Of a stretch of 64,000 nucleotides of DNA, positions 28,465-37,791 are shown one piece after another. The first letter of the stretch is position 1, and the number at the start of each line of letters is the position of its first letter. The translations under genes and the position numbers were made by a program. Below the pieces are notes generated by a model that ran no database searches, was not told the origin of the DNA, and worked only from the letters and a program-made list of their open reading frames with translations. The DNA is from Candidatus Oxydemutator sp. (GTDB lineage Bacteria; Pseudomonadota; Gammaproteobacteria; Poriferisulfidales; Oxydemutatoraceae), in contig OZ241883.1 of NCBI GenBank assembly GCA_965203445.1, positions 864,001 to 928,000 of the forward strand, read 5' to 3'.

Positions 28465-29359
28465 CGACGGCCACACGCTCCTCGGCAAGGCAAAACTGTA
28501 CGCGGAGCTGGCGCGCCTGCACCGCCCGATAGGCATTTATCTGCTGTTGTGGCCGACGCTGTGGGCGTTGTGGTTTGCGGCGGGCGGCGTCCCCGACGCC
28601 AAAATCCTGCTGATATTCATAGCCGGCGTCGTGCTGATGCGCTCGGCGGGTTGCGTCATCAACGACTACGCCGACCGCGAATTGGACGCGCTGGTCGAGC
28701 GCACGAGAGGGCGCCCGCTTGCGGACGGGCGCGTGCGTCCCGGCGAGGCGCTGGCGTTGTTCGGGGCCCTGGCGGCGCTCGCGTTCGCGCTGGTGCTGCT
28801 GACCAACCGCGAGACCGTGCTGATGTCGTTCGTGGCACTGGCGCTGGCGGCTTCCTACCCGTTCATGAAGCGCATCCATCCGCTGCCGCAGGCGCATCTG
28901 GGGCTGGCGTTCGGGTGGGCGATACCGATGGCCTGGGTGGCGCAGACGCAAAGTTTTCCGCCGCTCTCGATCTGGACGCTCTACGCCGCCAACACGACGT
29001 GGGTCGTCGCATACGACACGATGTACGCGATGGCCGACCGCGACGACGACGTGGCCGCCGGCATCCACTCGAGCGCGATCCTGTTCGGCGCGTGGGACAG
29101 GCGCTGGATAGGCGCGTTGCAGGCCGTAACACTCGCGCTGCTGTTCGCGGCCGGGCGTCTCGAGGGGTTCGGGCTTTTGTTCAACGCCGGGCTGGCCGCC
29201 GCCGCGGGCCTGGCCCTCTACCAACAGCGTCTGCTGGGCCAATGCAAACGCGAGCGGCGCGCCGCCGCCTGCCTCGCCGCGTTCGCCAACAACGGATACT
29301 TCGGCTTGGTCGTGTTCGCGGGGTTGTTGGCGGAGACGGCGGCGCGCCCCCCTATCTGA
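28451..29359 (+). CDS. ubiA: 4-hydroxybenzoate polyprenyltransferase
   Basis: RLHRPIGIYLLLWP, MRSAGCVINDYADR, YDTMYAMADRDDD motifs; ATG 28451. Confidence 0.95.
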   Translation: MPRADDGHTLLGKAKLYAELARLHRPIGIYLLLWPTLWALWFAAGGVPDAKILLIFIAGVVLMRSAGCVINDYADRELDALVERTRGRPLADGRVRPGEALALFGALAALAFALVLLTNRETVLMSFVALALAASYPFMKRIHPLPQAHLGLAFGWAIPMAWVAQTQSFPPLSIWTLYAANTTWVVAYDTMYAMADRDDDVAAGIHSSAILFGAWDRRWIGALQAVTLALLFAAGRLEGFGLLFNAGLAAAAGLALYQQRLLGQCKRERRAAACLAAFANNGYFGLVVFAGLLAETAARPPI

Positions 29360-29380
29360 TACCGGTCTGATGCCAGTCTG

Positions 29381-31423
29381 ATGCCGGAAGACGTCCCGTC
29401 CACTCGACCCGCGTCCCCGAGACTTTCGGCCACGTTCGCCGCGACGATGCTGGCCGTCGCCCTGCCCACGTTCATGGTCATGGTCACGGCCACGACGCAG
29501 GCGGCGGCGCAGGCGGCGGAGACGTCGGGAACCACGATACGGGCGCGCGTGTTTTTGCAGGGCGCGTACGACGGGGCCGGGCGCCCGATGAAGACCACGT
29601 ACCTGAAATACCTGCCGGCTGAACAGCCGTACGGCGGCGTGCCGTGGCGCGCGCCGGCAACCACCGTGCCGCGCGTTGCGACGAACGCGGACGGTTTCGG
29701 TCTGGCGGCGGTCACCGCGACGATAGTGGACTGGGTGCTGGTCGAGTTGCGCACCACGGCGCGCGGCGCCAGTGCCGACGCGGGTGCGGGCGCGGCACCG
29801 CTGGCCAGCCGCGCCGCCTTGCTGCTCAGCAACGGCGACGTCGTCGGCGTCGACACGAGCGCCTCGGCGCCCGCGGCGGTGGCGCGAACCGACGGCGTGC
29901 ATTTCGCCGCGGCGATAGACGACGCGCAAGACCTGTACGTGCTGATTCATCACCGCAACCACATGTCCATCATGTCGCCCGCTCCGGTGGCCGCCTGCGC
30001 CGACGACGGCGGCTATTGTATTGACTTCACGCGCGCGCAGTCTTACCGCAACGGGCAGTATGCGCTCCGCGGCGGGCGCGGTGAGCGCGGTGAGCGCGGC
30101 GGCCCATTCGCAATGTACGCGGGCGACACCAACCGCGACGGCGTGATTGACGACGCCGACCGGCGATCCATCCGCGCGCACAACCTGACGACCATCGGCG
30201 CCGACCACTACGACGAACCCGACGCCGCCGGGCGCTACGTCATAGACTCCGACCTCGACTTCGACGGCGACGTCCTTTCGGCGGACGGATTCTTCATCGT
30301 CGGTCGAGACGCCGTAAGAGGCGGGCTGTCGAGGCCTTCCAGCGACGTCGCAGGCTTGGCCGCCGAAGTCGAAATCTGCCGCAATCCGGCGGCCGCCTTC
30401 GCCACGACGCGCTCGGCGACGAACGAACACGGCGATTACTGGGTGGCCTACCGGTGCCGGGAAGTTTGCGACGACTGGCGCCAATGCCTGCAACGCAGCG
30501 GCTCCCGACAGGATCTGGCCTTTGTGGTGGATAACATGGGCGGGCGCCTCAGATTCTCGGTGGATCGCGGCGGCGACGAAGTGCTGTATTTGCAACGCGG
30601 CGTCGGCGGCATCTCATTCATGCCGTTTCTGCCCGACCAGATCGAGCGCGCATCGAGCGCGGGCGTCGTGATGGTGGCCTGGGAGTCGGGTTTCCACAGT
30701 TGGGGGTGGTTCACGCGCACGGCGCAGGCGGCGACGCGGGTGCCGCGCGTGACCAGGCGCATCGCCGCCATCATCGCCTGGGTGCACGAAAACCTGGCGG
30801 GCGACGCGCGGCTCGGCACGGTCGGTTGCAGCATGGGCGCGCAGGCGACCTTCGGCGCGGTCTATTGGCACGGGATAGACGAAGCGGTGGACTACCAGCT
30901 GTTCATCGGCGGCCCGGCGCTCTGGGACATCAACGCCGGATGCGGGCGGCGCACCTACGCCTCGGGCCATTGCGACCGCGACCCCGGCATCGCCTGCACC
31001 AGCGACGCGGATTGCCGCGCCCTCGGCGCGAACAGCCGCTGCGACAGGCTCGGCCCGATATACCGCCGCAACGTCTGGCTGTACGAACAAGTCGTCAACC
31101 ACGTCCACGCCACCACCGCCTGCGACGTCTCGCAAGCGCAAAGCCGCGCGCCGCTTGCGTCTTTTGACGAAAGCGGTTTCGCGTTCACCGACGGCGACTG
31201 GGATTTCGACCATCCGGTGGACTTTGCGATAGACCTGCAACACCGGCGCGGCGCCGACGGCGACGAGGATTGGGCGCTCAGCGACATGATGCGATCATTC
31301 AACGGCGTTACGTCGCAAGCCGGCCACGCCAAACGCTGGCTCACCAAAAGCAATGCCCGGCATTGCAACGCGGCCCACGACGGCCGCGCGCTCGACCTCA
31401 TCCGGGCATGGATGGGGCCGTAA
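29381..31423 (+). CDS. Secreted protein: dockerin/EF-hand-like N-terminal domain fused to an alpha/beta-hydrolase-like domain
   Basis: Hydrophobic leader; VFLQGAYD...VDWVLVELR...HRNH block; Ca-loop motifs GDTNRDGVIDDAD and SDLDFDGDVLSAD; nucleophile elbow GCSMG; Cys-rich insert. Confidence 0.6.
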   Translation: MPEDVPSTRPASPRLSATFAATMLAVALPTFMVMVTATTQAAAQAAETSGTTIRARVFLQGAYDGAGRPMKTTYLKYLPAEQPYGGVPWRAPATTVPRVATNADGFGLAAVTATIVDWVLVELRTTARGASADAGAGAAPLASRAALLLSNGDVVGVDTSASAPAAVARTDGVHFAAAIDDAQDLYVLIHHRNHMSIMSPAPVAACADDGGYCIDFTRAQSYRNGQYALRGGRGERGERGGPFAMYAGDTNRDGVIDDADRRSIRAHNLTTIGADHYDEPDAAGRYVIDSDLDFDGDVLSADGFFIVGRDAVRGGLSRPSSDVAGLAAEVEICRNPAAAFATTRSATNEHGDYWVAYRCREVCDDWRQCLQRSGSRQDLAFVVDNMGGRLRFSVDRGGDEVLYLQRGVGGISFMPFLPDQIERASSAGVVMVAWESGFHSWGWFTRTAQAATRVPRVTRRIAAIIAWVHENLAGDARLGTVGCSMGAQATFGAVYWHGIDEAVDYQLFIGGPALWDINAGCGRRTYASGHCDRDPGIACTSDADCRALGANSRCDRLGPIYRRNVWLYEQVVNHVHATTACDVSQAQSRAPLASFDESGFAFTDGDWDFDHPVDFAIDLQHRRGADGDEDWALSDMMRSFNGVTSQAGHAKRWLTKSNARHCNAAHDGRALDLIRAWMGP

Positions 31424-31600
31424 ATTCGGCCCACCCTCACCCAGAGGGAGAAGTTGTCCGCGGGCCCGTAATGTAACCCTCTCCCCAATTCTTGAAACAG
31501 GTGGGCTGATAAAACGGGTTTTAGAAATTCCCTGAACTCCAGTATGGGCGCCTGCCTCCGCTGCGATCGAACCACCTCGAAGTTATTGCAGTACAATAAT

Positions 31601-31780
31601 GGGAACTATATACGATTGTATGCAATCGTATCCATTTGACGTTTCACAGACCGTGCCCTGTCGGATAAAAGTTCCTTCAGGGTCTTACCGCCATCTCCAC
31701 GTCCGGCAGCCCCGTTCCCGGAGGCCTTCAAACTCATTACGACCTCACCCCGCTTCTTGATGTTCAGAGCAGCGTTCCAG
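31601..31780 (-). ncRNA. Putative omega-RNA scaffold overlapping tnpB 3' end
   Basis: TnpB omega-RNAs are known to overlap the ORF 3' end. A perfect 9-bp hairpin ATACGATTG-TATG-CAATCGTAT (31610-31631) is present only at this end. 5' boundary is a guess. Confidence 0.5.
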
Positions 31781-32874
31781 TCCGCATTATCCCGATGACC
31801 GCAATCAACACAAACAAATAACGATTGCGATACTCTGTTCTTCTTGTTTTTGCACTTGCACTTGTTGCACGTTATACTCGTGTACTGAGCAGGCACATAA
31901 TTAACTTGGGTCTTGTAACCCAAATACTGTTCCATCTTATACCAGTCAGTCTTCAGTATCCCTTTGTTCAGGCCCGACTTGGCCTTCACATTCCTGCCGG
32001 GGACGACAGCCGTGCCCTTGGCACTTCTTGTCATCCCCTTCGTATTTAAATCCTCCAGATGCACTACAGAGTATCTCTCCGATACTTCTTTGGATACATG
32101 ATGGCACCAGTTAACTCTCTTCTGTCTTATCTTCCTGCACGTTATCGCATGGGAATGCTTGGCCCTCAAGTATCTGTTGGATGGCTTCACCTTGTGCTTT
32201 CTGCTGCCACACTTCCGCCTCGCCATCATCCTCTGATAACGGCGACGACGCGCCTCTAATAAAGTAGTATCAGGCCCTCGATATACAATCCCATCCGAAC
32301 AAGTAATCTGACCCACATTCCTATCTATGCCCACTGAATAGTACTCCCGTTTAATCTCTTTCTGTTCCACGGCATAAACTACATACGCATACCAATTCCC
32401 GCATTCCCTTTTAACCGTGCCCGACACGGGCTTTGCATCCGGATATGGATTATGACCAAGCAACAGAAACTCGCCTATCTTGGCGATGTGCAAATGGCGT
32501 CCCCTTATTCGGAACAAGCCAGATACAAGAGGGAAACTCTCATGATGTACATACCTTGCATGAAACCTCGGCAGCCCGCCCTTCTTGTCATAGAACTTCT
32601 TGTATGCAATCTCTATGGGCTTCAAAGATGATTTCACTATGTTGGCCGAGTATTCCTGCAACCAAGGTTCGCAGTGGCGACGTAGCAAAGTGAATTGCTT
32701 GCCCAGCGTGTAATACCATGGCTTGCACCTTCCATACGCCAGATACTCGTCCCGTAACTTCCCCACAAAGTGGTTCCATACAAACCGACAAGCACCCGCC
32801 AATCCCGCCAACTTGCGGGCTTTGGCCTGCGTACCGGGATGCACTCTGTAGCGGATTGTTCTATGAACCTTCAT
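31606..32874 (-). CDS. tnpB: RNA-guided endonuclease TnpB
   Basis: N-terminal YRVHP...GACRFVWN; RuvC-I GIDRN, RuvC-II LEDL, zinc finger CNKC...CVDC, RuvC-III ADWNAALNI; stop TAG lies inside the TIR. Confidence 0.93.
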   Translation of the reverse strand: MKVHRTIRYRVHPGTQAKARKLAGLAGACRFVWNHFVGKLRDEYLAYGRCKPWYYTLGKQFTLLRRHCEPWLQEYSANIVKSSLKPIEIAYKKFYDKKGGLPRFHARYVHHESFPLVSGLFRIRGRHLHIAKIGEFLLLGHNPYPDAKPVSGTVKRECGNWYAYVVYAVEQKEIKREYYSVGIDRNVGQITCSDGIVYRGPDTTLLEARRRRYQRMMARRKCGSRKHKVKPSNRYLRAKHSHAITCRKIRQKRVNWCHHVSKEVSERYSVVHLEDLNTKGMTRSAKGTAVVPGRNVKAKSGLNKGILKTDWYKMEQYLGYKTQVNYVPAQYTSITCNKCKCKNKKNRVSQSLFVCVDCGHRDNADWNAALNIKKRGEVVMSLKASGNGAAGRGDGGKTLKELLSDRARSVKRQMDTIAYNRI

Positions 32875-32936
32875 TGATATTTCTATTTTAATTTGCTTGT
32901 CAAGAAATTATCATAAATTATTGGATTATCTGCATT

Positions 32937-34049
32937 TTATTTGCTTCTTTGCATACAATGGTATATAATTCCCACAATAATTCTACACGCTATCAGGCGA
33001 CCAGAACTTGTACGGGGCCACCACATTCTGGACAAATGGGGTAGTTGTTTTTGGATGGCTTGGCACGGGGTGATATTCCCCAGGCTCCGGTGCGGGCGCT
33101 CGCCGTTGTAGCGTTCCAGATACGTGAACAACGCATCGTTGAAGGCATACAAATCATCAAACAATCTGTCTTCCCGGTAGTCCACGAACTCCTCCTGCAC
33201 GGTTCTGTTGAAGCGCTCGCATAATGCGTTCATCTTCGGACAACGCGGGTAAGTGTAACAGTGTTCTATACCCGCACGCTTCAGGTATTCGTCGAACTCT
33301 CCCTGATACTCGCTGCCGTTGTCCGTCAGTACTTTCTCGATGCGCCCCGGAAACACTTCGCACACCAAGCGCATGAAACACGCCGCGTCGCGACTGCTGG
33401 CGCGACGACTGGCCAACGCCAACGCAAAGCGACTGCTGTGATCCGTCGCCGTGAAGATATGGCGGCGACTGTTGTTCACGAAGCGCACTATCGTATCAAC
33501 CGCCACGCAATGGCCTGCATGCCCGGCATGGAAGTCTTTGCCCAAGCGCGGGCGCGGTCGGCGCTTGAACTCCTTGCGCCGACCGCGACTGTCCAGGCGA
33601 ACCGCCACCTTGCGCATCTTGTCCGGGGCATCCGCTATCAGGCGGCCTATCGTGCGCTCCCCGGGACATCTCACCCCGCGCTCGGCGCACCACGCAACCA
33701 GCAGCACGTGAACCTTCTCCTTGCCTAAATTCGGGTGGCGCTCGCGCAAGCGTCTGATCTCTTGGACCACCGCCACCGGCCACCGCCGCACCCGCCTGTT
33801 CTTGGGCGCCTTGCTGACGTCGTGCAACCCACTGAGACCGCCTTCGCGGTGGCGCTTGCGCCACGCATACAGGGTGCTGCGCGAAACCCCGAAGGCGTCT
33901 TGGGTTGCAGGCAAGCCATGATTATCCCAGAATATCAGGGCGTCGTATTTGCGTTCGGCACTCGTTGCCATGATAGCCTCCATTCGGTTTGCATAGGAAG
34001 CTATTTTACGCAACCCTGGGACGCGGTAGCCGACGTGCTTTATTTGCAT
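32937..34049 (-). CDS. IS481-like DDE transposase (HTH + integrase core)
   Basis: GVSRSTLYAWRKR HTH; VAVDT, LTDNGSEY, CERFNRTVQEE; ORF reads through the IR, stop outside the element. Confidence 0.9.
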   Translation of the reverse strand: MQIKHVGYRVPGLRKIASYANRMEAIMATSAERKYDALIFWDNHGLPATQDAFGVSRSTLYAWRKRHREGGLSGLHDVSKAPKNRRVRRWPVAVVQEIRRLRERHPNLGKEKVHVLLVAWCAERGVRCPGERTIGRLIADAPDKMRKVAVRLDSRGRRKEFKRRPRPRLGKDFHAGHAGHCVAVDTIVRFVNNSRRHIFTATDHSSRFALALASRRASSRDAACFMRLVCEVFPGRIEKVLTDNGSEYQGEFDEYLKRAGIEHCYTYPRCPKMNALCERFNRTVQEEFVDYREDRLFDDLYAFNDALFTYLERYNGERPHRSLGNITPCQAIQKQLPHLSRMWWPRTSSGRLIACRIIVGIIYHCMQRSK

Positions 34050-34104
34050 GTCGGCTACCTTTCTGCGGCTAAGATATTGTCCAGAATGTTTCTGGCCCTA
34101 TACA
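33009..34104 (-). mobile_element. IS481-like insertion sequence (1,096 bp)
   Basis: TGT...ACA ends; IRs TGTACGGGGCCACCACATTCTGGACA and TGTATAGGGCCAGAAACATTCTGGACA; 5-bp TSD GAACT (33004-33008, 34105-34109). Confidence 0.9.
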
Positions 34105-34125
34105 GAACTGACTGGCAGAAAAATA

Positions 34126-34782
34126 ATGGCAAAATCAAAGCTTACCGTTGACGCACTCAAAACCGAAGCCGGGACATTTGCCGTGGCCGAGTCAACGCAC
34201 CATGAACCCAGCCTTTTCGGTGTAACCGACGGCAAGGCCATCGGCACGTATTTTGAGCACAAATTCCGCGGCCGTCTCCGCAAAAGATTTGACTTTGCAG
34301 AGGGGTCATCGGCCAAAGGAATTGACTTTCCAGGCCTTGGCGTGGACGTGAAAGTCACAAGCGTCAAACAACCTCAGTCCTCCTGCCCGTACGAGTCCGC
34401 CAGACAGAAAATATTCGGACTCGGCTACTCCATTCTGGTTTTTGCGTACGACAAGACGGAGGATCCGGCGACCCGGACCGGGCAACTGAACGTCCGACAC
34501 GCCATCTTCATCGAAAAAGAGCAGACGGCCGATTTTCAGACGACGACGGGCATTCGCAAGATACTCGAAAATCAAGGGAACAAGGATGACTTGCTCTCCT
34601 TTCTTCAGGAGCGCATGCTACCCGTCGACGAGATCGAGGCGCTCAGGATTGCCGACGACTTGCTGAAAACTCCTCCAAAAATCGGCTACCTGACCATATC
34701 CAATGCGTTGCAGTGGAGATTGCAGTATCGCCGCGTCATAGACGCCGCAGATGCCGCGCCCGGCGTAACCAGGCTCAAGTAA
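34126..34782 (+). CDS. Type II restriction endonuclease (NspV-like family, tentative)
   Basis: GVTDGKAIGTY...GIDFP...VDVKVTS (D-x-D-x-K) QPQSSCP; paired with downstream MTase; ATG 34126. Confidence 0.7.
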   Translation: MAKSKLTVDALKTEAGTFAVAESTHHEPSLFGVTDGKAIGTYFEHKFRGRLRKRFDFAEGSSAKGIDFPGLGVDVKVTSVKQPQSSCPYESARQKIFGLGYSILVFAYDKTEDPATRTGQLNVRHAIFIEKEQTADFQTTTGIRKILENQGNKDDLLSFLQERMLPVDEIEALRIADDLLKTPPKIGYLTISNALQWRLQYRRVIDAADAAPGVTRLK

Positions 34783-34784
34783 AA

Positions 34785-36353
34785 ATGTCTCGGAAACAGC
34801 CGGCCGCGGTCGAGTTCGGCGACTTTCAGACGCCGCCGGATCTTGCGCGGCGCGTTTGTGCGGTCGTAGCACGTTCCGGTTTCCGCCCGGCCTCTATCGT
34901 CGAACCAAGCTGCGGGCGCGGCGCCTTCCTGCAGGCGGCCCTTAAGGCGTTTCCCGACGCCCGCCGTTTTCTCGGCGCGGATCGAAATCCGGGACACGTG
35001 CAAGCAGCCAGGACGCTCCTCGCCCATGCCGACGGCAACGGGCGGATACAGATAATACAGAGCGACTTTTTCGACGCCGACTGGACGACCCTCACGGCCG
35101 GCCTGCCGAAACCGCTCCTGATCGTGGGCAATCCGCCTTGGGTAACCAATGCCGCCCTGGGGGCCTTGGGGAGTACGAATCTTCCGAAAAAAGCCAATCA
35201 GGACGGACTTCGAGGTATAGCCGCGCTGACCGGGAAATCAAACTTCGACATATCGGAGTGGATGTTGCGGGAGAATCTTGCGTGGCTCGCCGCGGCCTCG
35301 GGAACATTGGCCGTTCTCTGCAAAACGACGGTGGCGAGAAGGGTGCTCAGCCACGCATGGTCGAACAAACTGCCAATCGCGTCCGCCGCAATGTATCGCA
35401 TTGACGCGAAACTCCACTTTGGCGCCGCGGTCGACGCGTGCCTGCTGATCGTGCGCTGCGGCCCGGGCGCGGCATCAATGGACTGCCGCGATTACCCTAC
35501 TCTCGAAGCCGCAACGCCCGGCACCTCCTTCGGGCTTCGGGACGGCACCTTGATCGCCGATATTCGTCGCTACGAGCAGTGGCACGACCTGCTCGGGCGC
35601 GGCCTCAGCGGATGGCGCTCGGGAATCAAACACGATTGCAGCAAGGTCTTTGAGCTCGACCAGCATAAGACCGGATACGAAAACGGCTTGGGGACAAAAG
35701 TGCAAATCGAAGCCGACGTGGTCTTCCCTCTGCTCAAAAGTTCGGACATAGCCGCGAGAAAACGCCCTCGCAAATGGATGCTCGTACCGCACAAGACGAT
35801 GATCGCATCGCCCGAGAAACTCCGGCGCCAGGCTCCCAAGGCGTGGCGGTATCTCGTTGCGAACGCGCCCCTCGTGGAAAAGCGCCGCAGCACGATCTAT
35901 CGCAACCGGCCGCGCTTCTCGATCTTCGGAGTGGGGGAGTATTCCTTTTCGCGCTGGAAAGTCGCGATCTCAGGTTTGTACAAAAAACTCGACTTCGTCG
36001 AGGTCCCTCCCTTTCAGAATCGGCCGGTTGTATTCGACGACACGTGTTATTTTTTCGCCTGCAATTCGGCGCAGGAGTGCCGGACGTTGCAGCGGCTGGT
36101 CGCGTCCCGGCCGGCCCAGGAATTCTGGTCGGCCTTCGTGTTCTGGGACGCCAAGCGCCCGATCACGGCACAAATACTCAACCTTCTCGATTTTGCGGCC
36201 GTGGCGCGCGTGCTGGGCGTACGATCCGACGTCGCGCGCGCCCTTGCCGACCGGCAATTGGTGCAATACACCGAAAAACCCTGCCAACAAATGCTCATCA
36301 GAGAGCACCGCCGAAAGAACCCCGTCCATCCAAACGTCACCGACTACGACTAA
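34785..36353 (+). CDS. N6-adenine DNA methyltransferase (gamma-type), cognate of the REase
   Basis: EFGDFQTP, EPSCGRGAF (motif I), GNPPW (motif IV); ATG 2 bp after REase stop. Confidence 0.85.
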   Translation: MSRKQPAAVEFGDFQTPPDLARRVCAVVARSGFRPASIVEPSCGRGAFLQAALKAFPDARRFLGADRNPGHVQAARTLLAHADGNGRIQIIQSDFFDADWTTLTAGLPKPLLIVGNPPWVTNAALGALGSTNLPKKANQDGLRGIAALTGKSNFDISEWMLRENLAWLAAASGTLAVLCKTTVARRVLSHAWSNKLPIASAAMYRIDAKLHFGAAVDACLLIVRCGPGAASMDCRDYPTLEAATPGTSFGLRDGTLIADIRRYEQWHDLLGRGLSGWRSGIKHDCSKVFELDQHKTGYENGLGTKVQIEADVVFPLLKSSDIAARKRPRKWMLVPHKTMIASPEKLRRQAPKAWRYLVANAPLVEKRRSTIYRNRPRFSIFGVGEYSFSRWKVAISGLYKKLDFVEVPPFQNRPVVFDDTCYFFACNSAQECRTLQRLVASRPAQEFWSAFVFWDAKRPITAQILNLLDFAAVARVLGVRSDVARALADRQLVQYTEKPCQQMLIREHRRKNPVHPNVTDYD

Positions 36354-36593
36354 ACGGCAAATACCAGGACTATGCAAATTGCATAGCCGAATCATTCAAG
36401 GGAGCCCCTGATAATTACGTTTTCAAGAAGACATGCTTGAAAACTGTCGCTGGCATCGAGACCACGCCCGCACCAGTGAACGCGACCGCGCCCATGCGAT
36501 CTTTGCCTTCTCGAATCCAGGGCCGTTCCGGCCTTATAAACCAGTAAGGGTTTCAGTGGGCAACCTGTGCTATTATTGTTGAATATCTTACCT

Positions 36594-37772
36594 ATGAAGC
36601 ACGATATACAACAATCTTTTGCCCGCTCCGGCTTGGTGAAAACGACTACCGCCATGCTTTCCGAAGCGCCGGTCGTGGCGCTGTTGGGCGCGCGGCAGGT
36701 CGGCAAGACGACGCTGGCCGGGAAGGTGGCGTCGGCATGGCCCGGCGGACTTGCGACGTTCTTCGATCTGGAGACGGCCGCCGGCAAGCAGGCGTTGTCG
36801 GAGACTCCCGAGAAACTGTTGCGCGACAGCGAGGGCCTGGTCGTCCTCGACGAAGTACAGCGTATGCCGGAACTGTTCGAGGTGCTGCGCCCGATCTGCG
36901 ACGACCCCGACCGCAAGGCGGCGTTTCTGCTGTTGGGCAGCGCCTCCTGGGACTTGATCCGGGGAGTATCCGAGACCTTGGCGGGAAGGATACTGTTCAT
37001 CAACATGGGCGGCTTTTCGCTGGCCGAGGTAGAACCGCAAAACCAGGATCGGCTTTGGATGCGCGGCGGTTTCCCGCGCGCCTGGCTGGCGCGGTCGGCG
37101 GCGGCATGGACGCGCTGGATGGATGCGTTCACGCGTACGTTCATCGAGCGCGACGTGCCAGGATTGGGCTCGAAGGTGTCGCCCGAGGCGCTGGGGCGCT
37201 TTTGGAGAATGCTGGCGCATTATCACGGACAGAACTGGAACGCCGCGGAGTTGGCGCGCTCGATGGACGTGAGCGTCAAGGCCGTGAACCATTACCGCGA
37301 TCTGCTGGCGGGCGCCTTCATGATTCGGATCCTGCCGCCGTGGTTCGAGAACCTCGGCAAGCGCATCGTCAAGTCGCCCAAGGTGTTCCTGCGCGACAGC
37401 GGCGTCCTGCATTTCCTGCTGGGGCTTGAGGACGACAAGGAATTGCCGCTGCATCCGCGCTACGGCGCGAGCTGGGAGGGATTCGCGCTGGAGCAGACGC
37501 TGCTCGCCCACGGCGCGCACGAGGCGTACTTCTACGCCACCCAGCGCGGCGCCGAACTCGACCTGCTGCTGCTGCGACGGGGGCTGCGCTGGGGGTTCGA
37601 GTTCAAATGCACCGACGCGCCGCGCACGACCAAGTCCATGCACGGCGTCAGCAAAGACCTGGGGCTTGCGCACTTGTGGGTGATCTACCCCGGCGACCGC
37701 GAATACCCTCTCGCCGACGCCATCACCGCGCTGCCGCTGAAAAACATCCACGACCTCGCGCTGCGACGGTGA
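36594..37772 (+). CDS. AAA_14 ATPase with DUF4143/PD-(D/E)xK-like C-terminus
   Basis: GARQVGKT, VLDEVQ, ETLAGR, GGFP, KSPKVFLRDSG, ELDLL...FEFK. Confidence 0.85.
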   Translation: MKHDIQQSFARSGLVKTTTAMLSEAPVVALLGARQVGKTTLAGKVASAWPGGLATFFDLETAAGKQALSETPEKLLRDSEGLVVLDEVQRMPELFEVLRPICDDPDRKAAFLLLGSASWDLIRGVSETLAGRILFINMGGFSLAEVEPQNQDRLWMRGGFPRAWLARSAAAWTRWMDAFTRTFIERDVPGLGSKVSPEALGRFWRMLAHYHGQNWNAAELARSMDVSVKAVNHYRDLLAGAFMIRILPPWFENLGKRIVKSPKVFLRDSGVLHFLLGLEDDKELPLHPRYGASWEGFALEQTLLAHGAHEAYFYATQRGAELDLLLLRRGLRWGFEFKCTDAPRTTKSMHGVSKDLGLAHLWVIYPGDREYPLADAITALPLKNIHDLALRR

Positions 37773-37791
37773 CCGGCGCACCCTTGCTATC

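Larger units (their letters stand above)
31601..32973 (-). mobile_element. Non-autonomous TIR element (IS1595-like ends) carrying tnpB
   Basis: Left TIR 31601-31625 GGGAACTATATACGATTGTATGCAA; right TIR 32949-32973 read inward GGGAATTATATACCATTGTATGCAA (23/25); exact 8-bp direct repeat ACAATAAT at 31593-31600 and 32974-32981; AT-richer than host. Confidence 0.88.

Noticed and set aside
31606-34049. IS481-like transposase plus tnpB as one tnpA-tnpB element
   Set aside because: Each has its own IRs and TSD (GAACT versus ACAATAAT) with 35 bp between the elements; they are independent insertions.
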